63,599 nt of DNA, filler included, from Octopus bimaculoides (GCF_001194135.2; 6 parts of 6 records of this genome joined end to end with filler, not necessarily neighbours in it); one strand, 5' to 3'; positions 36,954-50,001 are shown, numbered from the whole stretch's first letter. Notes: generated by a model not told the origin, from the sequence alone. Numbers and translations: made by a program.

Positions 36954-37319
36954 TCTCTCTTTACTCTTTTACTTGTTTCAGTCATTTGACTGCAGCCATG
37001 CTGGAGCACCGCCTTTAGTCGAGCAAATCAACCCCAGGACTTATTCTTTGGCAGCCTAGTACTTATTCTATCGCTCTCTTTTGCCGAACCGCTAAGTTAT
37101 GGGGACGTAAACACACCAGCATCGGTTGTCAAGCGATGTTGGGGGGNNNNNNNNNNNNNNNNNNNNNNNNNNNNNNNNNNNNNNNNNNNNNNNNNNNNNN
37201 NNNNNNNNNNNNNNNNNNNNNNNNNNNNNNNNNNNNNNNNNNNNNNNNNNNNNNNNNNNNNNNNNNNNNNNNNNNNNNNNNNNNNNNNNNNNNNNNNNNN
37301 ATATATATATATATATATA
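36954..37319 (-). mobile_element. SINE family A inserted in the Gypsy protease-RT linker
   Basis: Reverse-complement family-A body; Gypsy reading frame continues on both sides (FLHHFGLL / VDSTTQLI). Confidence 0.85.
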
Positions 37320-37774
37320 CAAGGAGACCAAAATGGTGAAGAAAATTAGCTCCTAAAATAGGGGTTGGCAGTTTGGCAATGACAAGTACCCACGGTGTAG
37401 TCCTAAGTCCAATGTTAGGGACTGTTCACTGGAAGTTGGAATCGGTAAGTGGTTGACTGCCTGAAGACAGACTGGTGTTTCTTTTCTGTTGCCTGAAGTT
37501 CAGGAAACAGGGATTATGTTGACTTCCATGCTGGATCTAAAAAGAAACGCGTGCCTGTTACATGATCACAGATGAAAAATAGGCGACTTTGTGGATGAGA
37601 GCCAAGAACTTCTGTCACGTTCAATTCCTGGCTGTCGTTTCTGAACGGGGTGCTGAGAACAAGCATGGAGTCATGCATTTCTGTATCCATGTTCCAAATG
37701 TGCAGTGGTATGCCTACCAAATCAATGCAATCAGCTGCTACTTCAACGAGGGATACCAATGATAGAGCTTGTAT

Positions 37775-38428
37775 CTACGCTGTCAGGGCTTGTATCTGTG
37801 ATGCCTGCTGCATCATCAATGAGCACAAGTCCGAAATTTTGGAAGCACTGGTCAAAGAAAGGAAAGGATTTGTAGAAGGAATGGCTGGCGTCACAGTCGA
37901 TAAATATTTATGTGGTACCTCGGCAAGTTTGTCTGCAAGCTCAGCCAGTTCCTCAACAGAAGTGGATTCTCTGGTGGAAGCCAGGATTACCTGTGTGTTG
38001 GAGGGCAGGCGCTGGAGAAAAAGCTGCTTAAAGATTTTTTGGTGGAGGGTCATTTCTCCCAGAAGCTGCTTCATTCTCCGTTGAAGCTGGAAGGGCATTC
38101 TATCTCCTAATTCTTCCAATGTAAGGAGCTGGTGAAGACGCTTTTGTTGGGACTTCGAAGTCTTATTGATAAGGGTGGTTTTGAACGTGTCATATGATGT
38201 GGAACCGGGTGGTGCTAAAATGAGATCTCGGATCACATTCATGATCTCTGATGATAGTGAACCGGTCATGTGTGTAAGGCGAGCCACATCGTTAACTATC
38301 CAGTTCGAAGAAAACTGGGCCGCGATATGATGAAACCACAATATGGGATCATGCATCCAGTATGGTGGAATCTTCAGCATAACTGCTGCTTGAAATGCCA
38401 TGGATGAGTTCTGGTAGAGGCATGACAA
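37775..38428 (-). pseudogene. Gypsy gag
   Basis: CsRn1-type gag motifs; degenerate YH..FG...KC..PC knuckle at about 37670-37710 in another frame. Confidence 0.85.
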
Positions 38429-38488
38429 CTAATCACAGCAATTTTCCAATTCATGTTCAGTGATGCTTGATGTGAAGGCTGTTATTCT

Positions 38489-38503
38489 TCGTTGGGGTCA
38501 CCA
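38489..38503 (-). promoter_or_regulatory. Primer-binding site complementary to tRNA-Trp 3' end
   Basis: TGGTGACCCCAACGA on minus strand, just downstream of an LTR-like ...gctac end. Confidence 0.75.
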
Positions 38504-38819
38504 AACGTAGCGGGATGTGTAGAGAAATGTGATGTTGTTGATGGTTCAATGTACATTGTTGGGCGTAGCAGATGAAGATAGGCATATTGGACCAACATCA
38601 AAGGAAAACAATGAAGAAAGTGTCAGAGTGTAGTTTAAATAATTTATTTGGTTAACAGTTGCATTTACATGCTGGATACAAAAAGCCTGATTTGGAATAT
38701 CAATAAAGGCCACTACATAAAGTCGCAAACTGCTTCGAGTCAACAAAGGAGAAAGCAGGAGAAATAGAATGCTGATTTGATGAGAGAGTACAAGGCATAT
38801 TTGGTGTCTTTGTGTGCTC

Positions 38820-39195
38820 TCTCTTTACTCTTTTACTTGTTTCAGTCATTTGACTGCAGCCATGCTGGAGCACCGCCTTTAGTCGAGCAAATCAACCCCA
38901 GGACTTATTCTTTGGAAGCCTAGTACTTATTCTATCGCTCTCTTTTGCCGAACCGCTAAGTTACGGGGACGTAAACACACCAGCATCGGTTGTCAAGCGA
39001 TGTTTGGGGGACAAACACAGACACACAAACATATACATATATACGACGGGCTTCTTTCAGTTTCCGTCTACCAAATCCACTCACAAGGCTTTGGTCGGCC
39101 TGAGGCTATAGTAGAAGACACTTGCCCAATGTGCCATGCAGTGGGACTCAAACCAGAACCATGAGGTTGGTAAGCAAGCTACTTACCACACAGCC
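38820..39195 (-). mobile_element. SINE family A, near full length
   Basis: Body and head both present in reverse complement. Confidence 0.9.
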
Positions 39196-40410
39196 ATTCC
39201 CATGCCTATATGTGCGTTGATCATTTGGTCATTTCGTGTTGTCTTTCTATCTTGTCTGTTCATGTTCTGCAACTGTCTTGTGTTGCCGGTCACTGCTTGC
39301 TCATCTTTGGTTACGTGGCTAACTGCTTGCTGGTAGCTTTCTATCTGGCTCTCTGACATGTGTCTAAGGAAACTGTATTTATAATGGTCATCCTAGCTAG
39401 AAAGATAGATATACCATAGGAGTAGTTTATACTTATCTAGGTCACTTGCTGTCCATCTGAACCCTCTGTGACACTGCTCAGGTCGGAGGTTGAGTGAAAA
39501 CTCATCGATCACTTTTTGACAGGAATAAGACATTTCTTTTGTGCTTGTTCAGCCAGTGGTGGATCGTGCCATCGGGGATTTCTAGGATTCAGTTTCGAAT
39601 CTCAGCCTGGAAAACAAAATGTAGTTTTCACATATATAAAGATATATTACGGAGATGTACTTGCATAACAAGTGACCTGATCTGAGATTGTGTGCTGAAA
39701 CAAAAACAATTGCAGCGTGAAAGGTGCTTATAAGTCATTTAAAAATACACAAAACTGTTAGATTCACTTCAGCATTTAAATTTAATTTGACAAAATATTT
39801 TCGTCGCTTTGAGATTGTGACCTGATCACTGACAAAATTTCGTGTTTATAAAGATATAGTATTTTACTATATCGTAGGGCTAACCAAAGCCTTGTGAGTA
39901 GATTTGGTTGATGGAAACTGAAAGAAGACCTCCGAATATATGTAGGTATATATTTGTGTATATATAAATGTATGTATGTTTTTATGCAAACATAATATAT
40001 ATACATATATATACACACACATACATGTACGTATATATGCATATACTCACATATTTTTGTATTATTACATGATTGAACGCATGCGTCATCTTTGCAAGTA
40101 AGTTTTAACTTTATATTTCTGACGCGACTCTATCTATCTTTGTATCATTCTACCCATCTCGTTCTCCCTTATGTTGTTCTTCGCCTCTCCTCTTCACTAC
40201 TATATCTCTCTCTCTTCCTCCGTCTCTCGTTGCTCACCTATATTCTACTTTCTCGCCTTTTATTCTCTCTCTAACACTCTTTCTCCTAACCCCTCGCTGG
40301 TCACATGTGTCCGGCTTTTGCCTCCTTTCTTATCTTGGCTACTGCCAAACTAGCACGAACTTCTTCTCTCTCCCTTCCAGTTCGTCTCGTCACAGCGTTC
40401 AGTATACATA

Positions 40411-41375
40411 TGTAAGGGACGACCGTGCGAACTCATAAAAGGAGAAATGGTGACGAATGGAAAAACAGAGGACTCCTTTTATTTAAACGCGTCACACGGT
40501 CGAACACACAAATATATATCTAATGATGATATACATGATATGTTATGCGACGATAACATGGATGACCAGCAATGAAAGACCACAACCGTATTAGATGAAT
40601 AACAGAGATATTTATTGTAGCGTTAAAGATGTATGTCTGTGTGAGAGTGTGAATGCGACATATAAGAACATAATCAAAGACAGGCCGTCGTACAAAGAAA
40701 AGTATGTATGTGAGTGATACATGTATGCGTATGTGTATTATTACAGCAGATAGAAAGAGAGTCAATAACACGTGAACAATTATACCAGTTCTTGGGTACA
40801 CAATAATATGAATCTGTATGTGAAGTGAGTTGGCTGAGTTTGGCAGAGCTGATCACTAGTTGTGATGTCGTGGCATCGATNNNNNNNNNNNNNNNNNNNN
40901 NNNNNNNNNNNNNNNNNNNNNNNNNNNNNNNNNNNNNNNNNNNNNNNNNNNNNNNNNNNNNNNNNNNNNNNNNNNNNNNNNNNNNNNNNNNNNNNNNNNN
41001 NNNNNNNNNNNNNNNNNGTTGAAGTGGTCGCTGGAACTGCTGCTGCTGTCGTGTGGTACACGGAACAGTTCTCAAAGAGAAACTGGACCGAGACAAATTT
41101 GTGGGGTATGAGTTGATCTATATATAGCGTTAAGAGGGCTCCAAATGCCTTCAGAATTTTACTCTATCACGTGACCTTATTAGGGGCCGTGATTGGTCAG
41201 TTTGCGTTCTGGCGGGAAAGGTTCGAAGAAGTTGCCGATTCGAATAATAATCAGTCACGTGATGACAAGGAATGGGTTCTCTACTACGCTCGCATTTATT
41301 TATATTTAAATGAGAAGATTGTATGTAATGGCGATAGTAATTTTGTATCTAGTGACGATAGGTAGTTTCACTACA
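40411..41375 (-). mobile_element. Solo LTR with 4-bp TSD (CATA)
   Basis: cata|TGTAAG...CTACA|cata; homologous along its length to 52915-53806. Confidence 0.85.
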
Positions 41376-41959
41376 CATATATGTTTTTTCACGTCTGGCC
41401 CTACTAGCCCTTTTTGTTTATTTTCCCTGTTTTGTTTTCCTGTCATGTTTTCTGTTCACCACGATATTCCTCTGCACTTCAAATTTAATTTGTTTCCGCG
41501 GGAAGAGCCATTCTAACAATGCGTCCTGCCCTAACTCTTCGAAATGCTTAGTTGTAGAATGGTGGCAGCTGATGAAGGAAATGTTCTCTATGTGGCCTGT
41601 GTGTTTTCTGTACTCTGTTTATGTTCCGTTTTTCATTTTGTCCACGTTTTTTTATGACGTCCCATACCCAGATATGCATTTATATATACATGTAGATGTA
41701 GGTATGTACATACATGTACGTATATATGCATATACTCACATATTTTTGTATTATAATATATATATATATTGTTTGTTTATAGTTTCAGCTTACAGCTGTG
41801 GCCATGCTGATGCACCGCCATGGTGCATATAATATATATATATATATGTATTATTACTGGTGAAAGCCGGTGACTGCTCTACTTCTTAGAGTGTGTGCTT
41901 CTCTGGGTTTATGTTTTTCTAAAAAAACTATGTATATATATACACATATGTTATATGTA

Positions 41960-42547
41960 TACGGTCCAATTGTATCTGATTCTTCAAGTACTTCCATTTT
42001 GCGTATGTGTTTTGAATAAACAATCTGTCTGAATTTTGAATAAAGAAAACAAATGATCAAATGTTATACCTAATTGAAATTTAATCATGAATTTATTTTT
42101 CTTGATTATCTATGATTTTCTTCCATCTATTTACAAGCTTTTTAATCCCATTAATGTAAAACCCTTTTGGTTTCAAACCGAAGAACTCTGAAAGCAAAAG
42201 TTATGTCCCCCAAATGATTCTGTAAACTATAAAACAAATGGTAGTCTGAAGGAGCAAGGTCGGGAGAATAAGGTGGATGAGGAATTTTTTCCCAACCAAG
42301 CTCTTCGATCTTCTGTGATGTGATCTTTGCAGTGTGTGGTCACGCATTGTCCTAATGAAACATCACTCCTTTGGGATTCACTAAAACGGGTCTTTTTTTC
42401 TTCAAAGCTTGGTTCAAACGCACTAACTGCTGACAGTAGACTTGAGCATTGATTGTTGCATTAGGTGGTAACAATTCAAAGTGAATTACTCCTTTTCAAT
42501 CCCACCAGATAGAGAGAAGAACCTTTTTTCCATGAAGTTCCCTTCTC
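41960..42547 (-). mobile_element. Mariner transposase 3' half, second family
   Basis: KVLLSIWWD*KGVIHFELLP, FH*DNA*PH, PHPPYSPDLAPSDYHLF; cut by a scaffold spacer. Confidence 0.88.
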
Positions 42548-42647
42548 NNNNNNNNNNNNNNNNNNNNNNNNNNNNNNNNNNNNNNNNNNNNTTAATTAAT
42601 TAANNNNNNNNNNNNNNNNNNNNNNNNNNNNNNNNNNNNNNNNNNNN
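42548..42647. other. Artificial 100-bp scaffold spacer
   Basis: 44 N + TTAATTAATTAA (42592-42603) + 44 N. Confidence 0.95.
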
Positions 42648-43439
42648 ATATATATATATATATACATGTATACATGTACATATATAGGTATATATACATA
42701 TATAGATATATATATATGTACATATGTATTTATGTGCATACATATACACATGTATATATGTACATATACACGTATATATACATATATATGTATATATATA
42801 TGTACATATATATATATGTGCACATATAAATATATATATTATATATTATGTGTGTGCGAGTGTGTATGTGTTTGTATTAATGTATATATATATAATTAAT
42901 ACATTCACATTTACTTGGAGAGAAAGAGAGAGAGAGAGATAGAGAGAGAGAGACTGATGCAGAGAGGGAGGAAGTGAATAAAAGTGTGGTAAGGAGAAAG
43001 AGAGACACGAAGAAAGGGAGTGTTCTTTATTGTTTTTCTCTTCTGTCTATTTAAAATGCAAATATTACCGTGCCTGTTTCTCTATATACAAACACTATAA
43101 ACATTTGTTTGAATTCTGTTGAACGGTCTAGGTGGGGGTTGGGGGGGGGGGTTGATGTCTGCAACGGAAACTGCTTAGAATTATAATCCACAAGCTATTT
43201 GTAAACTGCAATTAACGATATATCATATGTCATTGAATCGTTCCTTCTTTTACCATACATAAACAAATGTGTATGGATGTGTGATGGCGTGTAGAAATAG
43301 ACGCTGAAGAATTGCATTTACGTCTAATTTCAGATTTTAATGTGAAACTAAATTCATCTTTCCTGAAGTCGAATTATTTTAATGATATCATAATATGGGA
43401 ATGCTCATATAGTGAAATAGTCCTTTGCATTTACATTTT

Positions 43440-43625
43440 AGTATCTTTACAAGCATTCTCTCTGACCAACCTCTGGAGGAATTGTTTAGACTCAGGTTAT
43501 ACACCGAAACATCTCTTAACCCAGTCTGCCATCCCGCTTTTCAAACAGGGAAATAGATCTCTGGCAGTCAATTATAGCCCAATCTCGCTCACCTCCCACC
43601 TCATTAGAATGTTTGAAAGGGTGGC
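43440..43625 (+). mobile_element. CR1-group LINE fragment, same family as 1223-2950
   Basis: CLDSGYTP...IPLFKQGNRSLAVNYSPISLTSHLIRMFERV. Confidence 0.85.
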
Positions 43626-43764
43626 AATAGGTGAGGGATTACTTCACCAAACTATGAAATATGTCGATGAAAAAAATTTCACTATCTTGTTTACTGAAGA
43701 TTGTATTTCAACCCAAAAATAGAGGAAGGGTAAGTTCGAGCAAAAAAAACAAGACAGGAATGAC

Positions 43765-44570
43765 TGTTGCTTCCCAACCACATGGTGCTGCATTCAATCC
43801 AACTGCGTGGCATATTGGACAAGTGTCTTGTACCATTGCCTCGGGCCGACAGACACCTTGTGAGTGGATTTGATAGACGATAACTGAAAGAAAACCGTCG
43901 TATATATATATATATATATATATATNNNNNNNNNNNNNNNNNNNNNNNNNNNNNNNNNNNNNNNNNNNNNNNNNNNNNNNNNNNNNNNNNNNNNNNNNNN
44001 NNNNNNNNNNNNNNNNNNNNNNNNNNNNNNNNNNNNNNNNNNNNNNNNNNNNNNNNNNNNNNNNNNNNNNNNNNNNNNNNNNNNNNNNNNNNNNNNNNNN
44101 NNNNNNNNNNNNNNNNNNNNNNNNNNNNNNNNNNNNNNNNNNNNNNNNNNNNNNNNNNNTATATATATATATATATATATATGCGTGTGTGTGTTTGTGT
44201 GTGCGTACATGTGTGCGTGCATATGTGTGCGCACGTATATGTTTGTTTTTTTTTACCCAATCCACTCTTTGTTACGTCCTCATAACATAGCAGTTCGGCG
44301 AAATAATCTGAAAATACGAGTAATGCAGTCGATTCGAAAATCATTATTTGTAAATCTCACAATGAGAGATAATCAGCAACAGTACTTTGGAGTAAAATTG
44401 TTTGCCAACGTAACATAGTAGTGCACGGGCTAAATTACAGCAACATTCGTTCCAAACCAGGACTGCCATTTTATGTTGGCAAACAATCTTTACTGCAGTC
44501 GATTCATTCGACTAAGATCCTTCAAGCTGGTGCCTCAGCATGATTGCAATCTAAGACAAGTAAAAGAGAA
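43765..44570 (+). mobile_element. SINE family A, degenerate, spanning a gap
   Basis: Head at 43765-43900; remnants cctcataacatagcagttcggc and tgcctcagcatgattgcaatc. Confidence 0.6.
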
Positions 44571-45479
44571 AGCTAGGTTTAATAATATTGGCAATCTGAA
44601 TACGAAGCGAGAAATTTTCAATGATAATTGTTCAGTACCGGAAAGGATAGTACTTAAACCTATTGTCTTGTCAGGACATTTAATGGGTAAAAGTGGCAAA
44701 AGAGAAATAAATCAGTATAAATCATAAAATATCTTCAACAAATTGCTGGTTGGTCGAAAAATCTGTAAAATGCTGTAATTTGTTTGAATTTTGTTCATAG
44801 TCCTGTCACCTTCTCGATATTAAGTTACCTAAACACATATCTGTCTCTTCCACGTGGAGTTTCCAAAATTTTCGCAAATATATAAAAAAGAGAAGAAATG
44901 AAATAAATAAAATAACAACAAAAACGATAGCTAACGTTACATAATATATTGCTCCCTTCTTGGTATACTAACAGTTTCTTGGTGTACTAACAGGAACAAG
45001 CCATTTGACACTATAACAGTATATCCATGTCTGTATGTACATGTTGACAGATGCCAAGAGCATCGGTAATATACATGTGCTAGGCATGACTTACGAACGA
45101 TAGTACAATAAAAATCATAATACAATCGCAAGTGTGGAAAGGATTAAGCCAGCTACATATTCCTATATATGGGGGAATTCTGTTAGAAGATCACTATATT
45201 CGAATATGTATACATTTATTCAGTACACTCGAGGATTCTATAATTTGTTACAAAACATACCAGATGCCTTAATCCCTCGAAAGGAGACAGGACGAGAGGA
45301 TATCAACACCAACATCAAATTTATGTTCTCTGAAAAAAAAAAATGTAAGATTGCATGCTCATGCACAACTCTTACACGTCGTAGTGAAAATCTATTGTGT
45401 ATACTTACATTCTGTCTATGTTTCTATACATATATAACATTGTTTTCTTATTTTTGGCACAATGCAAGTAATTTCTTTG

Positions 45480-45650
45480 GTGGGGGGTAGTCGATTACAC
45501 CGACTCCACTGCTAAACTGGTAGCTATCTCATCAACCTCAGAAGGGTGGGAGCTAAAGTCAACTACGGCGGCATATGCACTCACAACGTAAAGACCAACA
45601 AGGCGCTAAGCATTTTGTTTGGTGTTCTAGCGAATCTGCCAGCTTGCCGG
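45480..45650 (-). mobile_element. SINE family B, degenerate
   Basis: agtcgattacaccgactcc...aaagtcaactacggcgg...ctaagcatttt...ctgccagcttgcc. Confidence 0.6.
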
Positions 45651-46685
45651 CTTAAACATATGTAATATTGATCACCAAATATGCAAATTGTTTTATGTAT
45701 GTCTTCACAAGAATGTGTGTGTATATACTGTTTCACTGAAATGACTAGACCGTTAGATGCTGTTATACACCGCAAGCCACAATGTGTTTCGAATTCTTTC
45801 TTGATTTCTCCGGGTTTTTTTTTTCCATTTTGACTGATTCATATTTCCATCGTTGTGGAAAAATTCTAAGTGGTGTTTTTGTGATCACTTTCATACCACA
45901 CAGCAACTGGACGAGTCCACCTGTTGTGTGTAAACCTTGTGACGTGATCAGCTCAGCGATACTTGCGCTCTGTTCTTGAATTATCTTAATTCGAATATGT
46001 TTTCGGTGTACACACACACGCTCTCTCACACACACAGATATATATATNNNNNNNNNNNNNNNNNNNNNNNNNNNNNNNNGAAGCTTGTAATCAATCATCG
46101 TAGATTTAGTATCAATTAAAAATTTTCTCATTCTTTCAGACATCTTTCGAAAGGCTTGAAACGACACCCACCTAAACTTCCCTAACGTTGCACATTTCTT
46201 AGAGGTGTTTATTTCATTACAAACACATAGAGCATAGATTACAATTATTCCGAAATAAATCCGTATTAAGAACTACTACAGTGCTTTATAATGCCTGTAT
46301 CGCTTTATTTGTTGAACCTATAAATCAGGTGTCTAAATGATTGACACAGGATTATTGAGGATATTTTTTAAAAAATACATTTACATTCGTTAGGTTGCAT
46401 TTAAGAGATAATTACTAAACATCTTACAAAAGTAATTACAAACATATGAGGGAGCTCGCTATCTCAAGTCATGATTTACATAATACGGCAAGCAATTTTT
46501 CTACTTATATTCATAAGTGAACGTTAGCAATGTGTATAAGTCAAACAAAAATGCTGGGACGTAACCCTTGCAAGACAAAATACGTGTTGGCAACTTCATA
46601 TATAAAAATTGGAATACGTTTATTGCAATATTGTATATTTCAAGGATTTTTTAATGCAAATTATAAACAAAAATTAGTGATACAC

Positions 46686-46935
46686 GGGCATATGGCGTAG
46701 TGGCGTAGAGCGTGGGCTATTAACCCCAAGATTCCGAGTTCGATTCCTGGCAGTGACCTGAATAATAATAATATTGAAATGTACCTTAGGAATGAGAGCT
46801 AAGGTTCGAAATTTCCACAAGACATCAGATGAAGGCTGGAATGTATATCAGCCGAAATGTTGTGTTAACAAGAAAAAAAAGATGAGGATAAATATTCGTC
46901 AAACGTAAATAAAGTGAATAATGTGAAAATTGGTG
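46686..46935 (+). mobile_element. SINE family D: tRNA-like head, (AAT)n linker, hammerhead-like motif
   Basis: A-box tggcgtagtgg (46693-46703), B-box gagttcgattcc (46736-46747); CAGATGA-a-ggctg...cagcc-GAAA at 46826-46857; 3' boundary approximate. Confidence 0.7.
46821..46866 (+). ncRNA. Degenerate minimal type I hammerhead ribozyme-like motif
   Basis: gacat|CAGATGA|a|GGCTG gaatgtatat CAGCC|GAAA|tgtt|gtgtt; core differs from CUGANGA and GAAAC-GUH by two substitutions. Confidence 0.5.
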
Positions 46936-47359
46936 AATTTGGTAGCTTAAACTCTGCATAGAGTCACCGCTTGTAATAAGTTCATAAGCGCTATAACAAT
47001 CTTTATTGTAATTGTTTTTAGTTACATACAAAAATAATTAGAATACTGATAGTCTTGAAGCTCTGCATAAACATCGTAGCAATTGCAGTTTAATGCATCA
47101 CTTTATTTACAATAATTATGTTAATTAGTACTATATTTTGAACAAGAAAAACGAATTTCTCCGGAATACAAAAGCAAAAAGAAAATTAGAGTAAAATTTA
47201 ATTTGAAGTTTTACATTTTTTGTTTATCATTTTAACACATTGTCGCATTGTATGTTCTATGCTGCTTAAATTGAACAATCAGTCTGGATACAGCAAGAAA
47301 CTCAGGGAATCACCATTTGCAGAACAAGTGTGCAGGGTACTTTTAAAAGCGTTTAATCA

Positions 47360-47815
47360 AATTAGTCTGAATTTATTCTATTCTACTCTAGCCACAAGGC
47401 CTGAAGGTTTTAGGGGAAGGGACCATTATATCGGCCTCCACTACGCAACTGGTACTTAATTTCTCGACCGCGAAAGGATGAAAGGCAAAGTCGACAACGG
47501 CGGAATTTAAACCCAGAACGTAAAGAGAGACGAACTACCGCTAAGCATTTCGACCAGCGTGCTAACGTTTCTTATTTTTTTATTTCCCACAAAGGGCTAA
47601 ACATAAAGGGGACAAACAAGAACATATAAAGGGGTCAAGTCGATTACATCGACCCTAGTACACAACTGGTACTTCATTTATCGGCCCCAAAAGGATGAAA
47701 GGCAAAGTCGACCTCGGCGGAATTTGAACTCTGAGTGTAATGGTAGAGGAATTACTGCTAAGCATTTCGTCCGGCGTGTTAACGTTTCGGCCAGCTCACC
47801 GCCTTTAATTAGTGT
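47360..47815 (-). mobile_element. Two adjacent SINE family B copies
   Basis: gaaaggatgaaaggcaaagtcgac...ggaattt...ctaagcatttcg occurs twice. Confidence 0.85.
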
Positions 47816-48436
47816 GAATTTATTGTAACATCTATATATAGCTTTCGTATTAATATAGAGACACACATGTGGCTTAAACAATTAAAATAATTTAGTATCA
47901 TTCAACGAAATACATGTTGGTCTGTTTGTAAATAAATATCAGTCATCAATACATCTGCATCTTTATCAGCCTTCGCTTCTACTTGTGACTATTGCTCGCC
48001 TAATAACATCCGTTTACCTAAATTAACATCTCTTATATTTCATCTATGATTTATTTTCTCACTATGACATATGTTTAGATGTAATTTTATGCACGATAAT
48101 GCAACATTTATATTTTATCTACCTGGTGATTTCTGTTGGATAGACGCTAAAGTTCAACTCTGTAACATTGTATACAATTGTAAGCATATATCCTAATCAC
48201 TTTCACCAACTTTGCCGATTTAGAGTAGCCAATCATTCGTCCACTCATTCTATGACTCTCTCTCCTTCTCTATCTGTCTCTGTACTTCTGTGTCTCTGTC
48301 TCCCCGTACACTCACGTATATACATATGAATATACACAAACATATGCAGGCACACTCGCATACATATGCATCTATCTTTAATTCTCTTCCTCTCTGTCTG
48401 TCTGTCTTTCTATCTGTCTGTCTGTCTGTCTTTCTA

Positions 48437-48579
<143 letters not shown>

Positions 48580-48934
48580 TATTATATCGTTTCGCTTAGT
48601 TGTATATAAATCCGGTTTAGTAGTTGTGGAGAGCTGCGCGTGTATACAAGGGAGTTAATTACAATGAAGAACCCATCTCATATCAGTAGCCAGATAGCTG
48701 ATACAGAGAATCTAAACAAAAACATAAGATGTAATATAAAAATAAATACATGACACAGATACAATGTCAATTACTGATACTGTTAAATATAATCGTAAAA
48801 GACCATAAAAAAAACATATCGACATAGCTTAAAAACCTACAAGTCAATCGTACAATGAAATTGACCTTTAGATGTTGTCAAAACAAATAATGCAACATTG
48901 CTCATACACATACAGAGATAGATACACATTTAAA

Positions 48935-49082
48935 CTGTAATTCAAAGGGTCAGCCTTATCAGTGTCACGCTGAATATCCCCGAGAACTACGTTAAAGGTA
49001 CACATGTCTGTGGAGTGCTCAGCCACTTGCACGTTAATGTCACGAGCAGGCTGTTCCATTGATCGGATCAACTGGAACCCTT
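48935..49082 (+). mobile_element. SINE family C 3' fragment
   Basis: aattcaaagggtcagccttatc...gagtgctcagccacttgcacgtt...caactggaaccc matches 35440-35585. Confidence 0.85.
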
Positions 49083-49957
49083 GTCTGTTTGGCTATATGA
49101 GTGCGTATTGTTATGAATATTGTTAATCATTATTACAATATTACTGTTGTTGTAGTTATACATAGCACTGTTTGTTTTCAGTTTACACCGAGTGGGACGG
49201 GTCTTTAATTGTTGTATATACGTGCCAAGTCAATGACCTAAGCAAAATATTCTCTCCCTTTACTTTCATCAAGTTTCGTCAAGTTTCGTTGGTACATTTA
49301 GATCAGTTCGAACGTTTTTCAAATAAATTTTACTATCTATATTGTTTCTCAAAAATTAATAGTATTGGAAATGGTTTTCTCTGAAAGAAACAAAGCAATA
49401 GACAGTTATCAACATAAATTTAATTAACCCCACTGTCCAGCCACTATTATCAGTAAGATTTGGACGAACTCCAGCTTATTTAAATAGACCAAAATTTATA
49501 TAATTCTTCTTAAAGGGAACACTGTCCGTGAGAATTTACATATATCGGAATGTAATATTAATTTAGAAGGAAACAGATAAATCGGAATAGAGAAAAAATA
49601 CTTATTTACTATAGAGATGTGATCAATATCAGATAGCTAGGCTGCCTTACAATATTGTTTAAACAGCGTTTGGTTGATCATACCGACACACTGAGAAGCC
49701 AGACAAAATGTTTAATGTATTCGGCATTTTCCTTTCTTTTTCTCGATTTCCGCCTGGGTCGATTAATCAAATGCCACTGATATATAGATGTTGATTCACA
49801 ACACTCTACACCTATCCATCAGATATTGAACTCCTGCTAGTGAGAGGAAGATATTGTACGTCTGCTAGTCAAAGGAAATGTCCAATCCTCACGGGCGTTG
49901 GACTTTACAGAACATTATCAGGAAACTTATAAGTTTCTTCACTTAAAACAATATCTG

Positions 49958-50001
<44 letters not shown>

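Larger units (their letters stand above)
35050..38800 (-). mobile_element. Gypsy LTR retrotransposon relic (CsRn1-like): LTR remnant, PBS, gag, protease, RT, RNase H; integrase absent
   Basis: gag LKIPPYW..DPILWF...EELGDRMPFQLQRRMKQLLG; protease SRLFFICDH..TRFFLD; RT YAYIDDLLVAS; RNase H VGGVLQQ...STFSRELLAV...HLDFISQYTTDIHYIKG; LTR end boundary approximate. Confidence 0.9.

Noticed and set aside
41520-41600. gcagctgatgaagg as a second hammerhead core
   Set aside because: No stem II followed by GAAA could be built.
46686-46760. tRNA gene
   Set aside because: A and B boxes are present but the acceptor stem does not pair and the sequence runs into a repeat body; it is a SINE head.
49510-49530. 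TTAA-AGGGAACACTGTCC resembling a Kolobok terminus
   Set aside because: No matching opposite end found within this assembly piece.
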